This document shows positions 8,851 to 19,242 of a stretch of 39,154 nt of DNA, in pieces (positions within the stretch are counted from its first letter, which is position 1; every line of letters begins with the position of its first letter). A program made the position numbers and the translations under genes. Below the pieces are notes generated by a model. That model had not been told where the DNA came from. It saw nothing but the letters and a program-made list of their open reading frames with translations, and searched no databases. This stretch comes from a virus (Duplodnaviria > Caudoviricetes): IMG/VR virus record IMGVR_UViG_3300032243_001044, positions 1 through 39,154 of that record; one strand, 5' to 3'.

Positions 8851-9450
8851 ATGAATTTAAATAAATTAAAAGGACATATTCCAGATAACGTAATTGCTCA
8901 AATTCCAGGAGTTATAAGCAAATTTGAAATTAATACACCTTTACGTTTAGCACATTTTTTAGCTCAATGTGGTCATGAATCAGGTGGTTTTAGATTAACT
9001 AAAGAAAATTTAAACTATAGTGCTAAAGGTTTAATGGGTATTTTTAAAAAATATTTCCCTACAGAAGCACTAGCTAAAGCATATGAACGTAAACCTGAAA
9101 AAATTGCTAATAAAGTTTATTCATCTAGAATGGGTAATGGTGATGAAGCAAGTGGTGATGGTGCTAAGTTCTGTGGTCGTGGTTATATCCAATTAACGGG
9201 TAAAGATAATTATACTGCATTTGGTAAATCAATAAATGAAGATATTGCTTCTAATCCAACATGGGTAGCAGAAAAATATGCATTATTATCAGCGGCTTGG
9301 TTCTTTAATAAAAATAAATTACATATTATGGCGGATGGTGGCGCAACTGATGCAGTTGTTACATCAATCACTAAACGTGTTAATGGAGGTACAATAGGTT
9401 TACCTGATCGTATCAAACACTTTAAAGAATATTATACGTTATTAGCGTAA
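8851..9450 (+). CDS. glycoside hydrolase family 19 lysin
   Basis: RLAHFLAQCGHESGGF...ENLNYS...GRGYIQLTGKDNY...SAAWFF...TKRVNGG..GL.DR. Confidence 0.93.
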   Translation: MNLNKLKGHIPDNVIAQIPGVISKFEINTPLRLAHFLAQCGHESGGFRLTKENLNYSAKGLMGIFKKYFPTEALAKAYERKPEKIANKVYSSRMGNGDEASGDGAKFCGRGYIQLTGKDNYTAFGKSINEDIASNPTWVAEKYALLSAAWFFNKNKLHIMADGGATDAVVTSITKRVNGGTIGLPDRIKHFKEYYTLLA

Positions 9451-9468
9451 AATAGTTTGGTAGTTAAC

Positions 9469-9477
9469 ATATTTATA
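9469..9477 (+). promoter_or_regulatory. putative late promoter (ATATTTATA)
   Basis: Recurrent motif upstream of ATG 9495. Confidence 0.55.
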
Positions 9478-9494
9478 TGTAGTAATTACTAACT

Positions 9495-10601
9495 ATGGCA
9501 ATTTATAAATTATTTCCCGAAAAGAGTGCTACTATATATTCATTTTACCCAACATTAAACACGGGGTTAGATGAAATATTAGAACTTAGCACTTATTATT
9601 CCGTTAATGGCACTGATGAAGTATCACGCGCTTTAATTCAATTCTCTTCTACTCAAATCAGCGATATAATAGCTAATAAAGTATCAGGCAGTACTTTTGA
9701 TGCATATTTAAAGTTATATTTAGCTAACGCTTCAAACATACCCTTAAACTATACTATACTTAGTCATCCATTGTCGGGAAGTTGGAATATGGGTACAGGT
9801 AGATTAAGCAATGTACCTATTACATCAAATGGTGTAAGCTGGTTATACAAAGATCAAAATAGTGGTAGTTTTTGGATTAATGGAACATACCCATCAGGCG
9901 TAACAGGATCATTTAGAAGTGGAAGTGGTATAGTATCTGGTGGTGGTACATGGAATTCAAATTTAAATTATAGAGCAACTCAATCGTTTACTAATTTAAC
10001 TTCAAAAGATATTGAATTAAAAGTAACCAACACTGTTAGAGATTGGTATAGTGGTTCAATACCTAATAATGGTTTTATTTTAAAACATTCTTCATCTATA
10101 GAGTTTACAACACAATCTAAATTTGAAACAAAATATTTTTCAGGAAATACTCACACAATATATCCTCCATGTTTAGAAATTAGATGGAACGATTTTACAT
10201 ATAATACAGGTTCATTATCTGTTATAAATTCAAATGCATTTGTTATTTCATTAGGTAATAACAAAGGTGAATTTCAACAAGACTCAGTGCAACGTTTTAG
10301 AATAAATGCTAGAGATAAATTTCCAACTAGAGTATTTCAAACTACCTCTGTTTATTTAAATAATAAAGTATTACCTGCTTCTTCATCTTGGTCAATAAAA
10401 GACTTGGATACCGAAGAAATTGTCGTAGATTATGATTCAACATACACTAAAATTAGTTGTGATACTAGTGGTAGTTATTTTGATGTATATATGAATGGAT
10501 TACAACCTGAACGTTACTATAAATTATTATTTAAAACTGTATTATCTGGTGGGGAAACAATTATATCTGATAATAATTACTACTTTAAAGTTATAAGATA
10601 A
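9495..10601 (+). CDS. virion structural protein (DNRLRE/disaggregatase-like beta domain plus C-terminal Ig-like domain)
   Basis: SRALIQF...YLKLY...SWNMGTG...VTNTVRDWYSG..PNNGFILK...PCLEIRW pattern. Confidence 0.65.
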   Translation: MAIYKLFPEKSATIYSFYPTLNTGLDEILELSTYYSVNGTDEVSRALIQFSSTQISDIIANKVSGSTFDAYLKLYLANASNIPLNYTILSHPLSGSWNMGTGRLSNVPITSNGVSWLYKDQNSGSFWINGTYPSGVTGSFRSGSGIVSGGGTWNSNLNYRATQSFTNLTSKDIELKVTNTVRDWYSGSIPNNGFILKHSSSIEFTTQSKFETKYFSGNTHTIYPPCLEIRWNDFTYNTGSLSVINSNAFVISLGNNKGEFQQDSVQRFRINARDKFPTRVFQTTSVYLNNKVLPASSSWSIKDLDTEEIVVDYDSTYTKISCDTSGSYFDVYMNGLQPERYYKLLFKTVLSGGETIISDNNYYFKVIR

Positions 10602-10948
10602 TGTCTCGTATACCAATAGAGAAAACAGTATTTGATAAAGATGCTTTTAATAAAGTTGTTAATACTCATTTTAACCAACTAGCCCCAGCTAATGGGTTAA
10701 ATGGAACTGGAGGTACAGTACCAACATTTACTTTAGAAGATTTTTTAGCTTTATTTAATTCATTATATCCTCTTATGCCAAAAGATTTATTACAACAATT
10801 GCTAAATAAAATAGCAGGTACATTAGGTGTAAATGTTGACACTACAGACATACAAGCTTTATTAAATGAAATTACTTCATTAAGACAACAACTAGTAGAT
10901 ATTCAAACTACAGTTAACAGTGCAAACCAACTATCAAATCAAGCTTAA
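10601..10948 (+). CDS. hypothetical structural protein with C-terminal coiled coil
   Basis: TAATG-coupled; DIQALLNEITSLRQQL. Confidence 0.75.
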   Translation: MSRIPIEKTVFDKDAFNKVVNTHFNQLAPANGLNGTGGTVPTFTLEDFLALFNSLYPLMPKDLLQQLLNKIAGTLGVNVDTTDIQALLNEITSLRQQLVDIQTTVNSANQLSNQA

Positions 10949-10951
10949 TAA

Positions 10952-13900
10952 ATGGCAGACAATATAAAAATAGTAGGTAGTATATTAAATACAACACAAG
11001 TATCTCGTTACACGGCAGATGACTTAAGATTAATTACTTCACAAACAATAAAAAAAAGTTTTGGAGCACCGAATGATTATATAGAATATTTTGTATATGA
11101 CATAGGAAATAATTTACTTGAAACTAGTTATACCTACCATGAATATAAATTACCAAGTAATCTTGCTTTAAATTCAGGTGTTACTCCTAATTTAAATATA
11201 AATAATTCAACAGCTACTGGAGCTGAAGTAGGTAGTATATCTAATTTATCAACTTCTTCCTTTACATATCCTGTTATTGAAATAGATCCTGTGATGGATC
11301 TTGAAAATTTAGGTTATTCATCAGGTGAATTTAAGGTTCAGTATAATATATTTAAAAACAAAATTTCAAGTTTCCCATCAGCTTCTTTATTTATTAAAGA
11401 AATTTCTCCTGATAGAACTGAATTAAGAGTTGGATCTATTGTATTAACGGATAGCGAAATAGAAAGTGGTTCTCTTGCTTTAATTGATTATTATAATTTA
11501 TCTTCTTATTTTGATCCATTTCTTTTAAACTTTGGTAACAATGTTCAAGAAATAGTTACTAATATAGTTTTAAATAAAGTTGATACTGGATATGAAATAT
11601 TATTTAAATTATATAATGAATTAGATAACGTTGTTAATGAAAAATCATCATTATGGGTAGTAGAAGAAATTTCAACTCCATACATTTTTGATATTAATTT
11701 AGATGCTATATTAGCTGCTCCTCCAATAAAAAAATTAAAAGGACCTAATTTTAAAAATAGAGGACAAAGAAAAGATTCTAATACAACAAATACAGCTTAC
11801 CAAAATTCAGATGGATTAGGATTAAATGATAATTCTTTATTAAATTTAAATATTTCTCAAAGTATTAGTATTAATATTAATTATGATGGTGCTGGTGGTG
11901 ATAATGGTGGTTTTACAAATTTTGTAACATTTGGTTCAGCTGTATCACGTATACAAAATTTCTTTACTAAAGTTCAACAAATTGAAACGGGTAATAACTT
12001 TATAAGTTACTATACCCCTTATATACCAACTACTAGTAGTTTACAATCTCAAATAAATTTATATTCATCTAGTATAAATGATATAATAACTAATTTTGAT
12101 GGATTTGAAAACTATCTATATTTCAACTCAGGTTCTTTGACATCTTCTTTACAATATGGTATTACTCCTTATCCAAAATTAAGCTTTAATAAACCTTATA
12201 TTTTATATTCAACTACATCGTCACAAGCAACTACTTGGTATAATAATATTACCTCAAATGCTGAAGACTATGATTTAAATAATATAAATTACTTCAAATA
12301 TTCAGTACCATCATATGTTATAGACGATCCTGATAATGCAAATTATTTGATTTTCTTAAATATGATGGGTCAATATTTTGATAATATTTGGATATATATA
12401 AAATCAATAACCGATGTTAATTTAGCTAATAATAATTTAAATGTTGGTATTTCTAAAGATGTTGTATATAATTTATTACAATCTTTAGGAATAAGTGTGT
12501 TTAATAGTTTTGGAGATAATAATATACTTCAATACTTAAATGGTGCTAATACAGGAAGTTATTCATATAGTGGTTCTTTAAATGATTTTTCTTATACAAG
12601 TTCTTATTTAAATAATATTCCTAAAAAAGATTTATTAGCAGAATCTTATAAACGTATTTACCATAACCTACCTTTATTATTACAACGTAAAGGTACTGTT
12701 GCTGGTTTAAGAACATTATTATCTACATTTGGTATATCAAATCAAGACTATTATACAGTTTTAGGATCTACTTATTATACTCCAACAGGAAGTGCTTTAA
12801 CAAGTAGCGTTTTAAATGTAAAAGAATTTGGAGGATCTTCTAAAGCAGGGATGCTAGCAGGTTATAATAATGATAAAGTTAGATTAATAAATAACATAAC
12901 GGCAAGTGTATCTGGTACTTTTGGAAATGTATTATCTCCATATTCTAGTATAACACAATATTCAACCGCATCTTCTAATTTTAGAACAGTAGATGAAAAT
13001 TATGTTGATATATCATTTTCACCTCAATCACAAATAAATACTTATATTTCTCAATCTATATCTTCAAATAATCCTAATTGGATAATAGATGATTATATTG
13101 GAGATCCTAGACAATTATATAGTGGATCTTATAGTGATTTAATTTCTCAAAAGAATATATACTTTGGAGGAACTGGATCATATCCTGGATTTACAGGTTC
13201 ACTAATGGATTATAATGGATTTATTCGTTTAGTTCAGTTCTTTGATAATTCAATGTTTAAAATGTTAGAAGATTATGTTCCTGCAAGAACTAGTCTTTCA
13301 ACAGGTATTACTATTAACTCTCCTGCTTTAGAAAGAAATAAATGGTCTTATGCTCGTCCTAATAATACTTCTAGAATAGCTATACTTGATGATAATATAA
13401 GTGGATCTAAAATATCATCACCATATGATAATTACTATAACAAATTATCAGATAATAAAGCAGCTTACTTTACAGGAAATATAAGTGGTAGTCAAATTGG
13501 TATATATAATAGCTATTTTTTACCAAATAATTATAACCCATGGACACAAGGTCTTACCTATACTTCCTCAGTATTTAATGTGTCTTCTTCTAATCCTTTT
13601 CCAACTCCTAAAATTAATACTTTATTTGTAACAAGTGCTAGTATAAATGATGCATCAAGCTCTTTTAAAATAAATGGAATAAATTTCCAAATAACTTCTG
13701 ATTTAACTTCATCTAATACTCCAACTTTAATTTATACTCCTACAGGCTCAACATTTACTAATTCTTTAATATCAGCTTCTGTTGTGTTTAATGTTAGTAA
13801 ATCTATAGCTCCTTATAGTTCTTCTTTACAATACATTTCGGCTAGTGCTTCTTCTTTAGGATTATATTTTGTAACAAGCATACCATCAAAAATAGTAGAT

Positions 13901-15577
13901 TATCAAGATTTTTTACATTCTGATTTTAATGTATTGCAAAATAACGTATCTAGAAGTTTAGCTTCTTCTACTAGACAAAAACTAGAAATATCAGGAAGTT
14001 CTGGAATTTTGGGAAGTGGTTCTTATGCTTTACTAGTAACAGCATCTTTACAAGAATCATATTTAACGTTATCTTCTTATACTTTACCACGTTATAGTGG
14101 CTCTAAAACGTACAGTACAGATTATAATAATTATACAGATGGTGATAAATCATATGGCAAAACAGCAGCAATTGATAAATATGTTAGAAAATTTGGTTTA
14201 TTTACTCAAATAGTAAGTAGTTCATTCTTTGACAATCGTAATCCAACATCATTAAAGTATTTAATAGATGAAAGTGGTAGCTTAACTGAATTAAGCCAAA
14301 CACCTACTTCAAGTTTAGATAGTCATTGGGTTGAAATTCAAAACACTTTTAAATTAGGATCAACATCAACCGTTGCTTTATTTGATAACCAACAATATGG
14401 AGACCAAAAAAATACAGATGGTCCGAAACCTATTTTTGATAGTGGATATTCTTATTACCCAATATTATATTACACAGGGTCTGATTCAAAATTATATTTC
14501 CAATATGTTGGTAAAGGAACCTCAATATTATTCCACTCAGATAATGATGGAAGATTTATAACAGGTTCTACTTCAGCAAATAATAGATACACAGCATCTA
14601 ATGGATTTGTGTATAATGTATTTAATGTTCCTGATGGTACCTTTGATGGTAGAGGATATTATAGCCAAGGTAGTAATAATAATTTTCCATCATATAGTGT
14701 TCCTCAAAACACAAATATGGCTTTTACAGCTAATTTTGGCATTAATTTTCAGTTTGGTTCTTATCCTCAAAGTGCATCATACACATTTAGTATAGTATCA
14801 GGAAGTACAACTCTGTCATCACAAAGTTTATTTTTTACTTCTTCAGCAGGTACTTTAACTACTACTTTTAATTTTAATACAACAAGCTCTTTTAAAGATT
14901 TTAACCCAGGAGATCAAATATATTTTAAATTACAGCAAGTAACATCATCAAACAATTACACTGCCTCTTTATTGAGTACAGGGGATAGAACAGTATATAC
15001 AGGTTTAAGAAACTCAATAGGTGTATCAACAGTAGGTATTAATCCTTTTGCTACGTCTTCTTTAGGACAGTTTGTATCGCAATCTAACGGTATTGATACA
15101 TTATATCTTAATAAAAGTTTATCTGGATTAAAAGATTATTTATATTTACCTGCAACAAGTTCTGTTAGTTTACATACAGCTTATGGAAATGTAAATAATA
15201 CTTTTTCACCTAAAGTTGGAGATGTGATTTTACTTTATTATAATAATAATGCTCAAGTACAAGAATTAAATATAGTATCGGCTCAACTAAATTCTTCAAT
15301 ATTAGAATTAAAAGTGTCGCCTAATTTAGTAAGTAATTTAGCTATAAATGGTTCTTACAGTAATAGTACTATTAGTAAATTGTTATTTTTATCAAAAATA
15401 CCAGATGAAACTAATATTAACTTATATTTTGATAAACTAGATGGTCAAACATCATATGGATTTTTGATTCCCGATGATTTATCACCAGACGTTTTAAAAA
15501 ATATTAATACTATTACTAGACAAGTACAACAAAAACTATTAACAAACGGTCAAGGAATAACAATAAACACCGTTTAA
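10952..15577 (+). CDS. large baseplate wedge/tail protein (gp7-like or P2 gpI-like core)
   Basis: 1541 aa; FLNMMGQYFDNIW, YKRIYHNLPLLLQRKGTVAGLRTLLSTFGI and MLEDYVPART motifs; Ser/Thr-rich C-terminal beta domains. Confidence 0.7.
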   Translation: MADNIKIVGSILNTTQVSRYTADDLRLITSQTIKKSFGAPNDYIEYFVYDIGNNLLETSYTYHEYKLPSNLALNSGVTPNLNINNSTATGAEVGSISNLSTSSFTYPVIEIDPVMDLENLGYSSGEFKVQYNIFKNKISSFPSASLFIKEISPDRTELRVGSIVLTDSEIESGSLALIDYYNLSSYFDPFLLNFGNNVQEIVTNIVLNKVDTGYEILFKLYNELDNVVNEKSSLWVVEEISTPYIFDINLDAILAAPPIKKLKGPNFKNRGQRKDSNTTNTAYQNSDGLGLNDNSLLNLNISQSISININYDGAGGDNGGFTNFVTFGSAVSRIQNFFTKVQQIETGNNFISYYTPYIPTTSSLQSQINLYSSSINDIITNFDGFENYLYFNSGSLTSSLQYGITPYPKLSFNKPYILYSTTSSQATTWYNNITSNAEDYDLNNINYFKYSVPSYVIDDPDNANYLIFLNMMGQYFDNIWIYIKSITDVNLANNNLNVGISKDVVYNLLQSLGISVFNSFGDNNILQYLNGANTGSYSYSGSLNDFSYTSSYLNNIPKKDLLAESYKRIYHNLPLLLQRKGTVAGLRTLLSTFGISNQDYYTVLGSTYYTPTGSALTSSVLNVKEFGGSSKAGMLAGYNNDKVRLINNITASVSGTFGNVLSPYSSITQYSTASSNFRTVDENYVDISFSPQSQINTYISQSISSNNPNWIIDDYIGDPRQLYSGSYSDLISQKNIYFGGTGSYPGFTGSLMDYNGFIRLVQFFDNSMFKMLEDYVPARTSLSTGITINSPALERNKWSYARPNNTSRIAILDDNISGSKISSPYDNYYNKLSDNKAAYFTGNISGSQIGIYNSYFLPNNYNPWTQGLTYTSSVFNVSSSNPFPTPKINTLFVTSASINDASSSFKINGINFQITSDLTSSNTPTLIYTPTGSTFTNSLISASVVFNVSKSIAPYSSSLQYISASASSLGLYFVTSIPSKIVDYQDFLHSDFNVLQNNVSRSLASSTRQKLEISGSSGILGSGSYALLVTASLQESYLTLSSYTLPRYSGSKTYSTDYNNYTDGDKSYGKTAAIDKYVRKFGLFTQIVSSSFFDNRNPTSLKYLIDESGSLTELSQTPTSSLDSHWVEIQNTFKLGSTSTVALFDNQQYGDQKNTDGPKPIFDSGYSYYPILYYTGSDSKLYFQYVGKGTSILFHSDNDGRFITGSTSANNRYTASNGFVYNVFNVPDGTFDGRGYYSQGSNNNFPSYSVPQNTNMAFTANFGINFQFGSYPQSASYTFSIVSGSTTLSSQSLFFTSSAGTLTTTFNFNTTSSFKDFNPGDQIYFKLQQVTSSNNYTASLLSTGDRTVYTGLRNSIGVSTVGINPFATSSLGQFVSQSNGIDTLYLNKSLSGLKDYLYLPATSSVSLHTAYGNVNNTFSPKVGDVILLYYNNNAQVQELNIVSAQLNSSILELKVSPNLVSNLAINGSYSNSTISKLLFLSKIPDETNINLYFDKLDGQTSYGFLIPDDLSPDVLKNINTITRQVQQKLLTNGQGITINTV

Positions 15578-15593
15578 AAATTAACAATTTAAT

Positions 15594-15602
15594 ATATTTA
15601 TA
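15594..15602 (+). promoter_or_regulatory. putative late promoter (ATATTTATA)
   Basis: Recurrent motif upstream of ATG 15624. Confidence 0.55.
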
Positions 15603-15623
15603 ATATATACAACATAAAGAACT

Positions 15624-16286
15624 ATGGCAATTTTAAATCCTACATACGTAACTGTAGATGCAATATTAACCACTAAGGGTCGCCAATTATTGGCTCGTAA
15701 TGATGGTTCATTTCAAATTACGCAATTTTCATTAGCTGATGATGAAATTGATTATACTTTGTATAATCCTTATCACCCATCAGGTTCTGCATATTATGGC
15801 GAAGCTATTGAAGCAATGCCTGTAATTGAGGCATTTCCTAATGATTCGCAAATAATGCGTTATAAATTGGTAACATTACCTCGTGGTACATCACGTCTAC
15901 CAGTTATTAACGTTGGATATAGCAGCATTTCATTACGTCAAGGTGCTTCATTAACAATTACTCCACAAACACTTAATTACTTAGGTGCTACAAGTACATT
16001 TGAAGCAAATGGATATATTGTAACTGTTTCTGATTCAAGATTATTATCTTCATTTGCAGGTACAGGTATAACAACAACAACTCCTGCAACAGGTTTAAAT
16101 ACAACTTCAGGTACTATTCTTTCAACTAGTCAAGTAGGTACTTCATTTACAATAACAGGTACAACAATCAATACTTTATTTGGATCTAGTTTAACTACCT
16201 TAACAACTACACTTACCGTTATTGGTAGAGATAGTGGAGCTAGAGTAACTGTACCTTTAAACATCCAAAAAGTAGCCACAGTTTAA
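15624..16286 (+). CDS. virion structural protein (tail/baseplate)
   Basis: VDAILTTKGRQLLA...ITQFSLADDEIDY resembles the LT..G...LA N-terminus of tail-collar/fibre-attachment proteins. Confidence 0.7.
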   Translation: MAILNPTYVTVDAILTTKGRQLLARNDGSFQITQFSLADDEIDYTLYNPYHPSGSAYYGEAIEAMPVIEAFPNDSQIMRYKLVTLPRGTSRLPVINVGYSSISLRQGASLTITPQTLNYLGATSTFEANGYIVTVSDSRLLSSFAGTGITTTTPATGLNTTSGTILSTSQVGTSFTITGTTINTLFGSSLTTLTTTLTVIGRDSGARVTVPLNIQKVATV

Positions 16287-16299
16287 AATAATATAAAAA

Positions 16300-17274
16300 A
16301 TGTCATTTACAAGATACAATACAGAAGATTCAGTAGTTAGTTCAGAAACCGTAGTACGCGGATTATGGAGTGGAGATAATTACACTTTAAGTTCATTTTA
16401 TACTGCCAGCACATACACAGAATATTATCTAGATGTATATAATGCTCCTCCAGCTACATCAAATTCTTCATCTATACAATTTAGTATTCAGTTTGGTAAT
16501 GTAAATGGATCTGGTTCAGCTCCTATTAATACCTCAACTTCAACTATTGGGTATAGTCCATCACGTACTGTTTATGGTCAGTATAGAAATTTAGTTTATG
16601 GAACTGAAACAACAAACTTTAGTTTTGATGGTGGAACAACTACTTCAGATTCAATTTATGTAATTAATATTTCTAGAAACTGCTATAAAGAAGCTTTATT
16701 ACCAGGTTCTTTAAATTTAACCTTAGCTGGTGCTAGTGGCTCTAGAACTTTTACTGATGATAGTGGTACTACAAATTTAACTCGTTTTGTTGGTGAAAAC
16801 AGATATTATAATATTATAAGTGGTAGTAATGGTTCTGGATCTTTATCAACATATTATGGTTTATTCTTCCCAGATTTAGATATTATTATATTAAATGCAA
16901 ATGCATTAACTGGTAGTAATACTCCCGCTTTTAATTATACTACAGGAAGTACAACAGCATACAATCATATAAAACTATATAATGCTATAGTATCAGGTAG
17001 TAATTTTCAATTAAAATCATCTGAAACTGTTTCTGCACGTTATTTCTTTACACGTATTAAAAATAGTGAGTATAATTATACCTCTAACCCATCAATCATA
17101 GATGCAAACGGTAATTTAAATTATACTACTTTAATTAATAATCCTCAAACATACATTACTACAGTAGGTATGTACAACGATAATAATGAATTGTTAGCTG
17201 TAGCTAAATTAAGCAAACCATTAGTAAAAGACTTCACAAAAGAAGCATTAATTCGAGTTAAGTTAGATTATTAA
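16300..17274 (+). CDS. virion structural protein with tail-collar-like C-terminus
   Basis: C-terminal [24 protein letters not shown] motif; full-length in-window paralogue of 17282-N plus 26192. Confidence 0.75.
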   Translation: MSFTRYNTEDSVVSSETVVRGLWSGDNYTLSSFYTASTYTEYYLDVYNAPPATSNSSSIQFSIQFGNVNGSGSAPINTSTSTIGYSPSRTVYGQYRNLVYGTETTNFSFDGGTTTSDSIYVINISRNCYKEALLPGSLNLTLAGASGSRTFTDDSGTTNLTRFVGENRYYNIISGSNGSGSLSTYYGLFFPDLDIIILNANALTGSNTPAFNYTTGSTTAYNHIKLYNAIVSGSNFQLKSSETVSARYFFTRIKNSEYNYTSNPSIIDANGNLNYTTLINNPQTYITTVGMYNDNNELLAVAKLSKPLVKDFTKEALIRVKLDY

Positions 17275-17281
17275 TTTATGT

Positions 17282-19201
17282 ATGTCATCATTCAAACAAC
17301 TAAGCAAATCAGACGTTACGCATGTTTCCTATGCTGCAAATAAGCAGTGGAATCTAACTTATCCTTTAGGATATCCGAATAATGATAGTTATGTAACAAT
17401 TTATAAAGGTACTAATGTTTCTGGTACTTTTGATCGTACAATGGATCCTGTAACTGAGGGTCAATATGAACGTTTAATTTATGATCAAACTGATCATTTA
17501 TTTTATCATGTATTTAGTGGTTCATTTTTAAATACTTCTTCTTTAGCCAATTCATTTTTATATGAATCAGCATCTCAGCAATACGCTACTTCATCATATT
17601 TTATTTATGATGAAAATCCTAATTTAATTAAAAATTTCCCTACAGGTGCTAATGCTGGTATTCGTGTATTAGCTGTTAATCAAGACATATATGGTAATAA
17701 ATTATTACCTTATAACTTTAAATTATCATCTTCTGCTTACTATATAACAGACGATGGAAATGGAAATTTATTTGATACTGGAAGTATCCATGTTGGAAAT
17801 ATATTTTACCCACAAGGATTGGCAATCATAACTAATCAGAGTTATCAAAATATGTTTCCATTACCTCCATTAGCGGTAGCGGATATTATTACGGTTAAAG
17901 CAAGTGATTATATTAAAACAGGAAGTATAAGCATATTAGCTAATGATAACGGTAGATCAGGTACTTTAATAACAGGATCTGTTAAACTATCAGGAAGTAT
18001 TGATCAATTATCAGTTATTGCTCTTACAGGTAGTAATATACCTTATATGATTTCTAATTATTCTATTATACCAGGTACTTCATCTGTATCTGAAGCTTAT
18101 ATTAGATTAAATAATAACATTGAATTTTTTAATGAAGGAACTTATGAAGTTAATTATTCTGTTAGTGCTTCAGTAGGTTCTACAATATTGGAAAGTAATA
18201 AAGCTAAAATAAGATTTAAAGTCCAACCAGGTGATTGTGATTTTGATTATGAAGTTGTATTTATTCCACCTACTCCAACCCCAACAAATACTGCTACTAA
18301 TACTAGCACTCCAACTCCAACTAATACTCCTACAAATACCTCAACACCAACAGTAACACCAACTAATACTTCAACCCCAACTAATACTATTACAGCTACT
18401 AGTACTAGTACTCCTACTAATACTCCAACTAATACCCCAACTAATACTACTACACCAACTAATACACCAACAAATACACCTACTAATTCTGTAACTCCTA
18501 CAAAAACACCAACAGTAACTCCAACTAATACTGCTACTCCTACTAATACATCTACTAAAACTAATACACCTACACCAACTAATACTGCTACTAATACAGT
18601 TACACCAACAAATACTCCTACTAACACACCAACTAATACTGTAACACCTAGTAATACTCCTACTAACACCCCTACTAATACTGCTACTCCTTCAGTAACA
18701 CCTAGTAATACTCCTACTAATACTGTTACTCCATCAGTAACACCTAGTGTAACACCAACAAATACTCCTACTAATACTGCTACTCCATCAGTAACACCTA
18801 CACGAACACCAACACAAACACCAACTGTAACAGCATCTCCAACATATACACCAACACCAACCCCTACCCCTGCTCCTACAACATTTAATATTGCTTGGTA
18901 TTATACTAGAAGTGGTGGTGCTAATGGATATATGCAGATTCTTAAAAATGGTTCTCAAATTGTATACACTAATGTTACAAATAATGGTTCATTCTCAGTA
19001 ACTTCTTCAGACGTTATTGTTGCTGAAGTAGGTAGTACTAGAGGTGGATTAGATGTACTATCTAGAGTTCAGATATTTGAAGGTGCCGTTCCGTTGTGGG
19101 ATACTAGTGATTGTAATGCTGATTCATATACAGGTAATGTTGGATATGGAGTATACTTCGGAGCCACAGGTGAAATTGATGGTACTTCAGAACCTTGTTA
19201 A
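17282..19201 (+). CDS. structural protein N-half fused to an Ig-like domain, Thr/Pro mucin-like stalk and tip domain
   Basis: LLPYNFKL...ITDDGNGN...[12 protein letters not shown] aligns with the middle of 16300; PPLAVAD...ILAND...YEVNYSV Ig-like domain; ~206-aa T/P/N/S repeat; ~105-aa C-terminal beta domain. Confidence 0.8.
   Translation: MSSFKQLSKSDVTHVSYAANKQWNLTYPLGYPNNDSYVTIYKGTNVSGTFDRTMDPVTEGQYERLIYDQTDHLFYHVFSGSFLNTSSLANSFLYESASQQYATSSYFIYDENPNLIKNFPTGANAGIRVLAVNQDIYGNKLLPYNFKLSSSAYYITDDGNGNLFDTGSIHVGNIFYPQGLAIITNQSYQNMFPLPPLAVADIITVKASDYIKTGSISILANDNGRSGTLITGSVKLSGSIDQLSVIALTGSNIPYMISNYSIIPGTSSVSEAYIRLNNNIEFFNEGTYEVNYSVSASVGSTILESNKAKIRFKVQPGDCDFDYEVVFIPPTPTPTNTATNTSTPTPTNTPTNTSTPTVTPTNTSTPTNTITATSTSTPTNTPTNTPTNTTTPTNTPTNTPTNSVTPTKTPTVTPTNTATPTNTSTKTNTPTPTNTATNTVTPTNTPTNTPTNTVTPSNTPTNTPTNTATPSVTPSNTPTNTVTPSVTPSVTPTNTPTNTATPSVTPTRTPTQTPTVTASPTYTPTPTPTPAPTTFNIAWYYTRSGGANGYMQILKNGSQIVYTNVTNNGSFSVTSSDVIVAEVGSTRGGLDVLSRVQIFEGAVPLWDTSDCNADSYTGNVGYGVYFGATGEIDGTSEPC
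18266..18883 (+). repeat. coding Thr/Pro mucin-like tandem repeat (PTNT, PTVT, PSVT units)
   Basis: Degenerate repeats of codons such as CCNACNAAYACN; translation almost entirely T, P, N, S, V, A. Confidence 0.95.
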
Positions 19202-19206
19202 TAATA

Positions 19207-19238
19207 TTTGGGTATTAAATAAAAATTAGTTATATTTA
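19207..19238 (+). promoter_or_regulatory. Bacteroidota-type promoter for the glycosylation genes
   Basis: TTTG (19207-19210), 20 nt, TATATTTA (19231-19238), ATG at 19243. Confidence 0.55.
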
Positions 19239-19242
19239 AGTT

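Noticed and set aside
18247-18669. Minus-strand 140-aa Val/Gly/Leu ORF
   Set aside because: Antisense shadow of the Thr/Pro repeat codons; no independent signals
18266-18883. Possible CRISPR array or DGR repeat
   Set aside because: Repeats are in-frame and degenerate at third codon positions, with no constant repeat/unique spacer pattern; no cas or reverse transcriptase gene in the window
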